Positions 9,403 through 19,175 are shown, counted from the first letter of the stretch. The stretch: 43,825 bases of DNA from an uncultured bacterium (GCA_963780225.1 CAWAAX010000020.1:1-43825); one strand, 5' to 3'. The notes: generated by a model not told the origin, from the letters alone. Numbers and translations are program-made.

Positions 9403-10429
9403 GGTTTAAAGGTCGAAAAAAGTTGCTAAAGCTGCTCTAACTTGTTGTAAAATAAGGGAAAACGACAGATATTTTACAATGCATTATAAAAATGCCCTCA
9501 TTGTGGTTCTTATCGGACCAAACGTTTTGGTTTTCAAAAGAGTCAACAGCGCTATCGCTGCCAAGAATGTTTATCTGTTTTTCGCAACAAACCAAGGCCA
9601 CAAAAAGTAATTCGTCTTTTATGGAATAAATATGTCTTGGGGCGTCAAACGTTAAATTCCCTGGCAAAAGAGTTCGGGCTCAGCAGAAAACGTATTCAGC
9701 GATACTTCTCATCCCTACCCTACTGTAATCCATCGCTGGTAAATCTAAAGTCCCCTTTGGTTCTGGTAGCCGATGCTACTTTTTGGGGACGAGGCTATGG
9801 AGTAATCGTCTTTCGCGCTCCGGAACTAAAGCGCAATCTGTGGTGGACCGAGATACGAACCGAGACGGCTGATAGCTACCACCAGGGACGTCAATTATTA
9901 CTGGATCATAATATTCGCCCATCAGCGGTGGTTATTGACGGAAAGCCCGGTATTGCTGAAGTTTTTCAGGATGTCCCCGTCCAGATATGCCATTTCCATC
10001 AAATCGCCATCGTCCGCCGTTATGTTACCAAACGGTCAAAATTGCCTGCCGCACAACAGTTGCTCTCTTTAGCGGAAACCTTGCCGAATACTAACGAGAA
10101 TACTTTCCAAACCGAACTGGCGGCTTGGTATGACCGCTGGCGCCAGTTTCTTTCTCAAAGAACCTTTAACCCAGACACCGGCAGATCGCACTTTACCCAT
10201 AAACGGTTACGTTCCGCATACCACAGTCTGCAACGGCACCTTAAATACCTTTTCACATACCAGAGATTTACCGAGCTGGGAATACCTAATACCACTAATT
10301 CCTTGGAAAGTACATTTGGGTATCTCAAACACTTATTAGAAGTCCACCGAGGAATAGCACGACCACTTCGTTACAAGTTTATCTGTGATATCTTGACTAA
10401 AAATAGCAACTAAAAACGGCCTTTAGACC
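9403..10429 (+). mobile_element. Complete IS256-family (Mutator-like) insertion sequence, 1027 bp
   Basis: TIRs GGTTTAAAGGTCGAAAAAAGTTGCTA (9403-9428) vs reverse complement GGTCTAAAGGCCGTTTTTAGTTGCTA (10404-10429), 19/26 match; 8-bp TSD GATAATTT at 9395-9402 and 10430-10437. Confidence 0.92.
9479..10413 (+). CDS. IS256-type DDE transposase with N-terminal zinc ribbon; the ATG is out of frame by 1 nt
   Basis: Open frame from 9490: KCPHCGS..QRYRCQEC..LVADATFWG..VVIDGKPG..VQICHFHQ..TTNSLES. The ATG at 9479 needs a -1 shift at TATAAAAATGC. Confidence 0.85.
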
Positions 10430-10533
10430 GATAATTTATAAGGAAACCAAGAAAGCAGGAAATACGCCTTATGTTCATCGGTTCGTAAATATCTTGCGGA
10501 CAAAAGAAACACTAGGGACCGAACAAATCAGTT

Positions 10534-10570
10534 AAAAGAGCAGGGGCGCATCGTAATGCGCCCCTGTTTT
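10534..10570 (-). terminator. Intrinsic terminator of the 976-aa gene
   Basis: CAGGGGCGCAT-CGTA-ATGCGCCCCTG with flanking A/T runs. Confidence 0.75.
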
Positions 10571-10593
10571 GTTGCCTGGAATATTCTGCCGAA

Positions 10594-13524
10594 CTATTTA
10601 AGAATTACCAATTTCTTGGTCATATCCTTGTTCCCTGCCTGTAGTCGGTAAACATAAGCCCCTGAAGATACTTTGTTCCCCTGGTTGTCCCGGCCATCCC
10701 ACTTGATCGTGTGCAGCCCGGCGCTGACCTGACCGCTGACCAGCGTTTTTACCAATTGTCCCGCGATGTTATAAACCTTCAAATTTACCAGCCCCGGTTT
10801 TGCCAATTGATAATTGATCGTTGTTAATTGTTTAAATGGATTTGGTGCGTTCTGGTGCAGATGGAGGGAGGTGGAGGTTATTTCGCTGGGCGCGCCTTCT
10901 ACGCCGGTGGGCGTAAAGCTGTAAACATCTCCCTCCCGCGGCGGAATGGGACCGGAGGAATATATGCGCCAAACATCGCCTTCCTGGGGGTGGGTGGCCC
11001 AGGTCATGTTTATTCCGGTAACGGTATGGGCCGGGTTGTTAAAGTATATTCTAAACCCGCAAAGGTTTATAAATTTGAGATACAAACTGCTGACATTAAT
11101 AATATACCGGCGGCCCATAGTTGTGCTGATTCCGCCAAGATTCCAACTGGGAGTGGTAACATTGTTTAATATAGTTGAATCATACGGCACCTGTGTATTA
11201 TAGGTAACATCCCACACTTCCGGCCAAAGGGTGTCGGTGGGATAGGTACCGGTAACATGCCAGCGTATCTGGTAATTACTGTTAAGCTTGGCCCAACCCA
11301 TATCCGGGCTGGGTATGGAAGCCCAGTATACGGTGTCGGTGGAGGGATCTGTGACGGGCCTTATAATAGAATCAAATGTGCCAAGGCTAGGCTTAAAGGT
11401 GGTGTCTCCGCACAGTACGGCAAAGCCGGAATAGGGCTGGCCGGCATTATCGTCATAATAAAAAGCATTAGTATACGTACTATAAATGACCCAGTCCGAT
11501 GAAACCAACAACGGATTGCTTACATCCCAAAGGTCATATGCATATGCCGCTGGATATTTATAAATCGAACTATTATAGACTCCACGCACAATAGATTTAA
11601 ATCTTGCTTCATAGTTGTGCCCGTCTATTAAGGTTGAATTATAGGTGTACCAGGTAACGGGCATACTGCTGTGGCCGGTCAATGCACCCGGGTATTGTAT
11701 GCGCGAATTGTATAGCTGGTAATAAACGACAGAGCTGTCGGTCGCGGTTTCCTGTCCGTCGTAACACACGGTTTTTAACTTATAATTGGCGTTCAGCATG
11801 GTGTCTGTATTCCAGATATAGTTGTACTCCTGCCATAACTGGGTATTGTTGGGAGTGGAGGAAAGAGTGTCAACTACTTTCTGCCAAATGTCGGCCCCTT
11901 CCCGCATTACATACTGGCTGGCGACTATTTCATCCTGGTCGGCGTCTCCGGCCATCCAGCGCCAATTATAGTTTCCCGATATAATAGAATCAGGAACCAC
12001 CAACACCACTTCCGGCGCGGCATTGCCGGCATTGTTGACGACAAAGGTTCCGGTAATGGAAGAGGCCAGCTTCAGCGGACCATGCAACACTGCGGCGATT
12101 TTATAACACACCCCATCCGGACCGTTGGCAGTATTCCAACTGTAGTTGCCTGTATTGGGCTGGTTGAGGGCCAGCGTGTCCCAGGTATAGCCATTGGTGC
12201 TGTAGAACAAGTCCACCGAATCGGTGGCCAGGGCATTGCCGCCGTAGGTCCAGCTTATGGTCTGGGTCCCGGACAGTACCGTTCCGCCAACCGGAGCGGT
12301 CAATGTGATTTGGGTGTTATTTTGGACGATGCTGTTTTCAAATATCGTTTTTGCCAGCCGGGCCTTTTCCCGCAGTTCCTTGATGGCCAGAGTATCGTCA
12401 ATATTCATATAGGCATAATCAAAGTTGGCACAAATCAAGCAGACAATGACTTTGGCGGTCTGTCCCGGTGCAATGTCTATGGGACCGGTGGATTCAACAA
12501 ATCGCTGATCACCCTGTATCGGCTTGGGATCAAAGGGCACATAGTTACCTGTCAGATAATCATATCCGGCCATCTCTTGATACTGATATATATCCGATGG
12601 TGGATCTATGCCTATATTGAACACCTTGAAGTGTGTCAAGCCTAAAGTGTCGCCAGCAAATATCTGTCTTGCGTCAGGAAAGGTATAATCCTTTGTGGCT
12701 ATTGGGCCCTGTAAAAATACATAGCCCACGCACCCTGGCGCACGAGACCAATCGCTCTCCGTAGAACTGGTTTGATATTGGTAGGCCATGTCGGTAGTAG
12801 TATCATAATAACAGACATCATTGGACAAACCGCCGCTTTCATTGCCGATATCACAATCGGTCATGGGCGCCAGATAAACATTGTATAAGGTGTCGGTCCC
12901 GGTGTTTTTTACCTCGAACAGGAAATATATTATGTCCTGAAGCTGCGGCACGGTCCATTGGTACGTGGTTTGGGTCACTTCTATTTTTAACGGCCTACCG
13001 CCGGTGGCATGGGCCGTTGTTAAATAGTCGTTATGTACGCAACGGGTGTCGCACATTGAAAGGATGCTGTCCTGCCCGTCAGTCTTTTTTAAAGGCCAGT
13101 CGGCCTCGGTGGAAATATATACCTTTGCGCTGGCATCGGCCGGATCCTGCGGTACGCCGCCAACAACCGCGCCGGGAGCATATTCGTAAGAACCATTGGT
13201 TGGATTATAACCAATGGTAACCAGCGTGTCTAATGAAATGCTGTCTATGCTCCGGATTGTTTTTACCTGGCCACCCACCCACAGCCCCCAGGCATAAACG
13301 TAGTTCATCAACGGGGGAATTAGGTCTCCGTTGATGTCCATGGCCGGTGCTGGCCAATAAGTAAATGAACCTACATCGCCCTTTACTTGCCCCAGCGGAC
13401 CAAAGTTGGTTACAGAGGACATTAAATTGTTTTGCTGCAATGGTTGCCAGTCATATATGGCGTATGCATTTGCTGCAAACAATGAAATTGCAAGCAGCAG
13501 GATTATCTGACGAACCTTACCCAT
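10594..13524 (-). CDS. Large secreted protein (976 aa) with Ig-like modules and a C-terminal FlgD-Ig/T9SS-like sorting domain
   Basis: Signal peptide; C-terminus LHQNAPNPF..VYNIAGQLVKTL..WDGRDNQGNKVSSGAYVYRL..KKLVILK. Confidence 0.85.
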   Translation of the reverse strand: MGKVRQIILLLAISLFAANAYAIYDWQPLQQNNLMSSVTNFGPLGQVKGDVGSFTYWPAPAMDINGDLIPPLMNYVYAWGLWVGGQVKTIRSIDSISLDTLVTIGYNPTNGSYEYAPGAVVGGVPQDPADASAKVYISTEADWPLKKTDGQDSILSMCDTRCVHNDYLTTAHATGGRPLKIEVTQTTYQWTVPQLQDIIYFLFEVKNTGTDTLYNVYLAPMTDCDIGNESGGLSNDVCYYDTTTDMAYQYQTSSTESDWSRAPGCVGYVFLQGPIATKDYTFPDARQIFAGDTLGLTHFKVFNIGIDPPSDIYQYQEMAGYDYLTGNYVPFDPKPIQGDQRFVESTGPIDIAPGQTAKVIVCLICANFDYAYMNIDDTLAIKELREKARLAKTIFENSIVQNNTQITLTAPVGGTVLSGTQTISWTYGGNALATDSVDLFYSTNGYTWDTLALNQPNTGNYSWNTANGPDGVCYKIAAVLHGPLKLASSITGTFVVNNAGNAAPEVVLVVPDSIISGNYNWRWMAGDADQDEIVASQYVMREGADIWQKVVDTLSSTPNNTQLWQEYNYIWNTDTMLNANYKLKTVCYDGQETATDSSVVYYQLYNSRIQYPGALTGHSSMPVTWYTYNSTLIDGHNYEARFKSIVRGVYNSSIYKYPAAYAYDLWDVSNPLLVSSDWVIYSTYTNAFYYDDNAGQPYSGFAVLCGDTTFKPSLGTFDSIIRPVTDPSTDTVYWASIPSPDMGWAKLNSNYQIRWHVTGTYPTDTLWPEVWDVTYNTQVPYDSTILNNVTTPSWNLGGISTTMGRRYIINVSSLYLKFINLCGFRIYFNNPAHTVTGINMTWATHPQEGDVWRIYSSGPIPPREGDVYSFTPTGVEGAPSEITSTSLHLHQNAPNPFKQLTTINYQLAKPGLVNLKVYNIAGQLVKTLVSGQVSAGLHTIKWDGRDNQGNKVSSGAYVYRLQAGNKDMTKKLVILK

Positions 13525-13560
13525 AGCGTCTCCTTGGTTTTATGGTTTACTTATTACACA

Positions 13561-13589
13561 ATATTATACCCAGGGGGGGGTAATGTCAA
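13561..13589 (-). promoter_or_regulatory. Sigma70-type promoter with a C8 homopolymer in the spacer
   Basis: Minus strand TTGACA-TTA-CCCCCCCC-TGGG-TATAAT-AT. Confidence 0.6.
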
Positions 13590-13670
13590 CAACTTTTTTA
13601 TATTTTTTCAAACTTATTTTGGGCGCATCATGATGCGCCCCTGTTTTGTTGCCTGGAATATTCTGATGGA

Positions 13671-15170
13671 CTATTTAAGTATTACCAATTTCTTGGTCAT
13701 ATCCTTGTTCCCTGCCTGTAGTCGGTAAACATAAGCCCCTGAAGATACTTTGTTCCCCTGGTTGTCCCGGCCATCCCACTTGATCGTGTGCAGCCCGGCG
13801 CTGACCTGACCGCTGGCCAGCGTCTTTACCAACTGTCCGGCGATGTTGTAGACCTTCAGGTTTACCAGCCCCGGTTTTGCCAGTTGATAATTGATCGTTG
13901 TCAATTGCTTAAAGGGGTTGGGCGCGTTCTGGTGGAGCAAGAGGGGGGTGTTTGTGTTTTCTCCCAGCGAACCTGATACACCAAGCTGGTCATAAAATGT
14001 CTTTGCATATCGGGCCTTTAACCGCAACGAATCTATGGACAGGGTATCATCTATGTTTAAATAAGCATAATTATACCCGGCGCAAATTAAACACACGGAC
14101 AGTTTTATGGTTTCTCCGGGAGCCAGATCAGCCGGCCCGGTTGAGACTATAAAACGTTGGTCGCTAGAAAGAGCCTTGGGATCAAGGCGTTTGAATTCAT
14201 CTGTTATATAGTTATATCCGGCCAATACCTTGTACTGCTCCTGATCGGTTTCCGGATCTATCATTATGTTTAAGACCTTGAAGGCGAACAGGCCAATGGC
14301 GCTATCCTTGTAGATTTTGTAGCCATCGGGAAAGGTATAGTTCTTGGTGGCTTTGGGTGTTTCTAATAAACAGAGCCCCACACAACCAGCGGGCCTTGTC
14401 CAGCCACTTGTAGTTGCGTAATCAGATGTTTGATATTGATAGGCCATTGTGGTGTTGGTATCATAAAAACAAACATCATTGGCGGCAGCATTGGCTTCGT
14501 TTCCGATATCAAAGTCCGTGGTTGGCGCCAGATAAACATCGTATAGCGTATCGTTTTGAGTGTTTTTTATCTCCCAGACAAAATATATGAGGTCTTCCAA
14601 TAATGGCAGATCCCATTGATAAGTGGTTTGAGTCACTTCCACTTTAAGGGGCCTGCCGCCCGTAGCATGTGCAACTGCCAGATAATCGTTATATACGCAC
14701 CGGGTATCGCACATGGATATTATGCTGTCCTGGCCGTTGGTCTTCTTTAGCGGCCAGTCGGCAGCAGTGGAGAGATAAACTTTAGCAGTGCTGTCGGATA
14801 GATCCTGCGGGATGTTGCAAAGAACTTCACCTGGTGTAAATTCGGAAGTGCCGTTATTTGTATTATACCCAATTGTGACTAAAGTATCCATCTTGCCCGG
14901 AAGGGTATCGTTATGAACCTGGGCCCCAACCCAAAGCCCCCAGCCATAAACATAGTTCATTAGCGGGGGCAACAAATTGTTTAAAGTGTCCACTGCCGGC
15001 ATGGGCCAATAGGTGCCAGGATCCCCTTCAGAATGACCCAATACGCCATAGTTTGTTACGGTTGAATAAATATTATTCACCCGCAGGTCCTGCCAATCAT
15101 ATATTGCCAGCGCAAGCGAGGGGATAAGCGTAATGGCCAGCAGGAAAACTAATATATTTTTCCTTTTCAT
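13671..15170 (-). CDS. Secreted protein (499 aa), paralog of 10594..13524 with the same C-terminal domain
   Basis: Shared N-terminal region (AIYDWQ, MNYVYxWGLWVG, CDTRCV, TGGRPLK, DIGNE) and a near-identical CTD. Confidence 0.85.
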   Translation of the reverse strand: MKRKNILVFLLAITLIPSLALAIYDWQDLRVNNIYSTVTNYGVLGHSEGDPGTYWPMPAVDTLNNLLPPLMNYVYGWGLWVGAQVHNDTLPGKMDTLVTIGYNTNNGTSEFTPGEVLCNIPQDLSDSTAKVYLSTAADWPLKKTNGQDSIISMCDTRCVYNDYLAVAHATGGRPLKVEVTQTTYQWDLPLLEDLIYFVWEIKNTQNDTLYDVYLAPTTDFDIGNEANAAANDVCFYDTNTTMAYQYQTSDYATTSGWTRPAGCVGLCLLETPKATKNYTFPDGYKIYKDSAIGLFAFKVLNIMIDPETDQEQYKVLAGYNYITDEFKRLDPKALSSDQRFIVSTGPADLAPGETIKLSVCLICAGYNYAYLNIDDTLSIDSLRLKARYAKTFYDQLGVSGSLGENTNTPLLLHQNAPNPFKQLTTINYQLAKPGLVNLKVYNIAGQLVKTLASGQVSAGLHTIKWDGRDNQGNKVSSGAYVYRLQAGNKDMTKKLVILK

Positions 15171-15263
15171 GGCAGATCCTTATCTTTTTATATTTGGCCC
15201 CCCCCAACAACGTATAACTGTAATACTTCCAGGGTCTATTGTCAAGAAATCTTTTATTTATTT

Positions 15264-15292
15264 TTGACAAACATCCCTGCATAAAGTATAAT
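15264..15292 (+). promoter_or_regulatory. Consensus sigma70 promoter of the radical SAM gene
   Basis: TTGACA-N17-TATAAT, 9 nt upstream of ATG 15302. Confidence 0.8.
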
Positions 15293-15301
15293 CCTTACAA
15301 T

Positions 15302-16555
15302 ATGCCAAATTTATTATACTCCGACACTTCCGGCCAGATCTACGACACCCCGGAATTCCAGCCGCTGGGCCTTTCCGGCGGGGACTTTGTGCCAATTCCG
15401 GAAAACGAGCTGGTGCCCCTGCCGGTTGGCAGTGAGATCTTCGTGATCAAAAAGGGGGTCGTGGTTGCTTCGCAGAACGGGGCCACTGTATACCTGGAAA
15501 AGCTTCATGGAAAAAAGATATTTCCGGTGGCCGCCTTCATGCCGGCCGGGTTCACTAGGACCTTGTTGCCGGCCTACGTTGAGAAAACCGAAATACCCTA
15601 TCTTCCATTATGGTCATACACCGCTTTAGCCTGGCACAAGAGCCGGATCTGCGGAGCGGCCAAACTGGTGGCCAAGAACCCCAAGGCCGACCCCGAACTG
15701 CACAGCCCTAAGCAGGATGTGCGGCTGGTCAAGCTGGTCCAACAGCGGTTGAAACAAGAACCGGAAAATCGTCTGTTGAAACAATTAGCCCGATGCGCCC
15801 TGGAGTATCACTGCTTTGCCGGCAAGAATACTTTTTACCGCAGATGGGAACTTCCCCTGCCTACATCTCCGTCCTGCAATGCCCGGTGCTTAGGCTGCCT
15901 GTCGCTTCAGCCGGGGGAGTGCTGCGCCAGCCAGGAACGGATAACCTTTGTGCCCACGCCAAAAGAGATCGCGGAGCTGGCCGTGCCCCATCTGCAAAAG
16001 GCGGAATCGGCCATCGCCAGCTTCGGCCAGGGCTGCGAGGGGGAGCCCCTGCTGCAGGACAGGACCCTGGAGGCCGCCATCAAATTGATACGCGCCCAAA
16101 CGGACCGGGGAACCATCAACCTCAACACCAATGGTTATTCCCCGGAAAAGATAAAACGCCTGGCCGAAGCCGGCCTGAACTCGGTTCGGATCAGTTTGAA
16201 CTCCTCCATCAAAAAGAGCTACGATGCCTACTACAGGCCGGTCAACTACAAATATGCAGACGTACTGAAAAGCATCGCCACGGCCAAGCAGAACGGGCTG
16301 TATGTCAGCATCAACCTGCTGGTATTTCCCGGCTACACCGACCGGGAGCAGGAGGTGGAGGGACTGGTGGAACTGTTCCACAAACACAGGGTGGACATGG
16401 TGCAGATGCGCAATCTGTCCATTGATCCCTGGTGGTATATCCGCACCGTACCCCGGCCTAAAGGTAATAGCATCGGGATCACAAACCTGCTGGCATTATT
16501 CAAGAAAAACCTGCCAAAGACTAAAATAGATTATTTTAATGTTCCGGTGCGTTAA
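15302..16555 (+). CDS. Uncharacterised radical SAM protein
   Basis: CNARCLGC (CxxxCxxC), SFGQGCEGEP, NLNTNG, RISLNS. Confidence 0.9.
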   Translation: MPNLLYSDTSGQIYDTPEFQPLGLSGGDFVPIPENELVPLPVGSEIFVIKKGVVVASQNGATVYLEKLHGKKIFPVAAFMPAGFTRTLLPAYVEKTEIPYLPLWSYTALAWHKSRICGAAKLVAKNPKADPELHSPKQDVRLVKLVQQRLKQEPENRLLKQLARCALEYHCFAGKNTFYRRWELPLPTSPSCNARCLGCLSLQPGECCASQERITFVPTPKEIAELAVPHLQKAESAIASFGQGCEGEPLLQDRTLEAAIKLIRAQTDRGTINLNTNGYSPEKIKRLAEAGLNSVRISLNSSIKKSYDAYYRPVNYKYADVLKSIATAKQNGLYVSINLLVFPGYTDREQEVEGLVELFHKHRVDMVQMRNLSIDPWWYIRTVPRPKGNSIGITNLLALFKKNLPKTKIDYFNVPVR

Positions 16556-16565
16556 TTTTTTCCAC

Positions 16566-16605
16566 AAATAAAAAAGGGCGCTTAAAATAGCGCCCTTTTT
16601 TATTT
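16566..16605. terminator. Bidirectional intrinsic terminator
   Basis: AAATAAAAAAGGGCGCT-TAAAAT-AGCGCCCTTTTTTATTT. Confidence 0.85.
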
Positions 16606-16627
16606 CCCAATGGAGGTTATATCTTCC

Positions 16628-17245
16628 CTATATGTTCATTTTCTTGAAGATTGCCCCCAGCGACTCTCCATCCGGAATCAACAGAAAATATCCCTGCAGT
16701 TTAATTTTTTTATCCAGGAACCGGAATTCGTTTTTTATGGAGATCACCATGTCGCTGTGATCTTTCTGGTGTGAAAACGACTGGCAATCAGTTTCGCGGG
16801 GATTGCGAATATACAGCACCGGGGCGGTTGGGACTACCATCACTCCCAGCAGCACGCCCATGGCATTCATATAGGCGCAGGTCAAGATGTTGGAGGTTTC
16901 CTTCAGCGCCGATTCCTCCAGCTGGCCCAGAACCACCGGTTTTATTGACTCCTCGCGGCCCAGCACCCGGTTGGAGAACTCAATTGCATCGTGTTCTGTT
17001 AACAACAGCAAAGATTCTCCCTTGATGTCTCCGGAAAGCCCCACCGTCACACAGGCAATTTTCTGGTCCGGCCAGGCCAGGGCCGTCAGCACCTCACCCA
17101 GCGGCTTAACGTCGATCACCGGCACATCTATCAGAATAGTTTGGTGGGCCAGCTCTGATAGCGCGGTAGCTGCATGCCCGGCTCCGATGTTGGACATTTC
17201 CTTAAGGGCATCTAAATGCAGAGGGTCTAATTTATTTATATCCAT
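16628..17245 (-). CDS. cheC: CheY-P phosphatase CheC family protein
   Basis: Two ExxN motifs: DALKEMSNIGAGHAATALS and SALKETSNIL. Confidence 0.88.
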   Translation of the reverse strand: MDINKLDPLHLDALKEMSNIGAGHAATALSELAHQTILIDVPVIDVKPLGEVLTALAWPDQKIACVTVGLSGDIKGESLLLLTEHDAIEFSNRVLGREESIKPVVLGQLEESALKETSNILTCAYMNAMGVLLGVMVVPTAPVLYIRNPRETDCQSFSHQKDHSDMVISIKNEFRFLDKKIKLQGYFLLIPDGESLGAIFKKMNI

Positions 17246-17307
17246 GTTTGATAGTTTAGCCTAAAAAAGAATAAATATCAACAGTTATTTTCCAATTTCT
17301 TTTTAAA

Positions 17308-18183
17308 CTATGTTTCGGCCATTACCACTCCGGCAACCAAAACCAGCCCTCCGGCGATCAGGCCTATCGTCGGAGCTTCTTTGATAAAGACCAATCCGGA
17401 GATTATGGTCACCAGCGGGATCAGATAGACCAGGGCCCCCAGCCGGGCCGCCTCGGTCTTCTTTAAGGCCCAGGACCAGACCAGGAAGCCGAAGATGGTG
17501 CAGACCAGGCTCAGGAATATCATGGCTCCCCAGCCTTTGGTTGTTATGGCCGCCATGGTTTTGACGGGCGGCAGAAAGAACATCAGCGGCAGACTGCCCC
17601 AGACGATGGCCGACATGGTTATCAGGTTGGGGTCGTGGCGGTGGACCATGGGTTTTCCCACTATGGTGTAGAGGGCCCAGGAGACCGGGGCCCCGAAGGT
17701 GATCAGCACGCCCAAAAGATAGTTGAAGTTTATGGCTTCCCCGGCCCCCCAACGGACCACGATGAACAGCCCGATGAAGGCAACGATGATCCCGCCCAGT
17801 TTTCTGGCGGTGATCTTTTCCTTAAGCGCCAGGTTGGAGGCTATCAACGTAAAAATGGGGGAGAGGCCCACTATCAGGCTGGCGGTGCCGGCCGCTATCC
17901 GGCTCTCCCCGTAGTTCAGGGCCAGGTTGTACCCCAAAACCCCGGTGATGCCATAAAGGGATATTCCCAGCCATTCCTGCCGCCATACCGAAAATATTTT
18001 CTGTGGCTTGTAGAGCACGAACATCAGCACCAGCACCAACGCGGCCGCCGGCAGGTACCGGAGAACCGTCAGCTGCATTGGGTCCAGACCTTCCACGTCC
18101 AGCAGGTATTTGATGGCCACGAAGGCGTTGCCCCAGAAGACCACCACCAGGGCCAGCAGCGTTATAAAGATAAACTTTTTCAT
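17308..18183 (-). CDS. EamA/DMT family transporter
   Basis: About 10 TM helices; FWGNAFVAIK, SWALYTIVGK, YLIPLVT. Confidence 0.9.
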   Translation of the reverse strand: MKKFIFITLLALVVVFWGNAFVAIKYLLDVEGLDPMQLTVLRYLPAAALVLVLMFVLYKPQKIFSVWRQEWLGISLYGITGVLGYNLALNYGESRIAAGTASLIVGLSPIFTLIASNLALKEKITARKLGGIIVAFIGLFIVVRWGAGEAINFNYLLGVLITFGAPVSWALYTIVGKPMVHRHDPNLITMSAIVWGSLPLMFFLPPVKTMAAITTKGWGAMIFLSLVCTIFGFLVWSWALKKTEAARLGALVYLIPLVTIISGLVFIKEAPTIGLIAGGLVLVAGVVMAET

Positions 18184-18267
18184 TTTCCCTTGCTTTGTCC
18201 TTTTACCTATGACCTGGTTGATTTCCTGTTTTCTTGGATTCCTTATAAATATCGGACCATCGGGTTC

Positions 18268-19122
18268 CTATTCCTTTCCCAGCTCCGAGGACAGCATTCC
18301 CATCATTATCAGCCCGGCCCCCAGCCACCCCAGCCAGGGCATCTTTTCCCCGAAGATCAGAAAGGCGAAGACGGCCGCAAACAATGGTTCCAACGTATAG
18401 ATGACGGCGGCCCGGGCGGCCGAGGTCTGTTTTTGGTAATGAGACTGGATCACCAGGGAACCTGCCGTGGCCAGGCCGCTGGTCAACAGCAGGTCCAGCC
18501 ATAACGAGGGAACGAAATGGATGGCCGGCTTCTCCAGCCGCCACATGAACAGCAGGCTCAGCACGACGGTGGTGATTATCTGGACCATCACCATGTTCAT
18601 GGCCCCGTGTTTTTGGGTGTAGGTCTGGACCAGAATTATCTCCACCGCAAAACAGGCCGCGCAAAGGGCGGTCAAAAGATCTCCGCGGTTGAAGCCCCCG
18701 GAGGCCGGCCGGGACAGGAAATACAGGCCCACCGCCGCCAGGGCCACACCGGTCCAGATCCACGGCCCCACTTTTTTCTTGAGCATCATAATAGAAAGCG
18801 GCGGAACCAGGATCACCGACAGCCCGGTGATGAAGGCCGAGCGGGTGGCGGTGGTGTGCACCAGCCCCGCGGTCTGCAGGGAGAACCCGCCGAACAAGAA
18901 AGACCCCAGCAGGATCCCGTCCCGCCATCCGTGAAAGGGCAGGGTTTTTAATCCCCTATAACAGAACGGCAGCAGAATGACCCCGGCCAGGGCAAAGCGC
19001 ACCCCCATGAAGGCCAGGGGGGTGGCGTGGAGCATGGCATCCTTGACCGCCACAAAGGTGACGCCCCAGAAAAAAGTGGCCAGCAGCAGCCAGAGATCGG
19101 CTTTAAGGTGTCGGTTGATCAT
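18268..19122 (-). CDS. EamA/DMT family transporter
   Basis: FWGVTFVAVK, RFALA, SAFITGL, IYTLEPLFA. Confidence 0.92.
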   Translation of the reverse strand: MINRHLKADLWLLLATFFWGVTFVAVKDAMLHATPLAFMGVRFALAGVILLPFCYRGLKTLPFHGWRDGILLGSFLFGGFSLQTAGLVHTTATRSAFITGLSVILVPPLSIMMLKKKVGPWIWTGVALAAVGLYFLSRPASGGFNRGDLLTALCAACFAVEIILVQTYTQKHGAMNMVMVQIITTVVLSLLFMWRLEKPAIHFVPSLWLDLLLTSGLATAGSLVIQSHYQKQTSAARAAVIYTLEPLFAAVFAFLIFGEKMPWLGWLGAGLIMMGMLSSELGKE

Positions 19123-19141
19123 AGGGCATCCATTATAACAT

Positions 19142-19175
19142 AAAACCGCCGTGGTGTTAACCCCCGGCGGTTTTT
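19142..19175. terminator. Probable intrinsic terminator
   Basis: AAAACCGCCG..CGGCGGTTTTT hairpin downstream of the Dabb gene. Confidence 0.6.

Noticed and set aside
10594..13935. Near-identical 3' ends of the two secreted paralogs as a DGR TR/VR pair
   Set aside because: No reverse transcriptase in the window; both copies are coding; differences are mostly silent and not adenine-specific.
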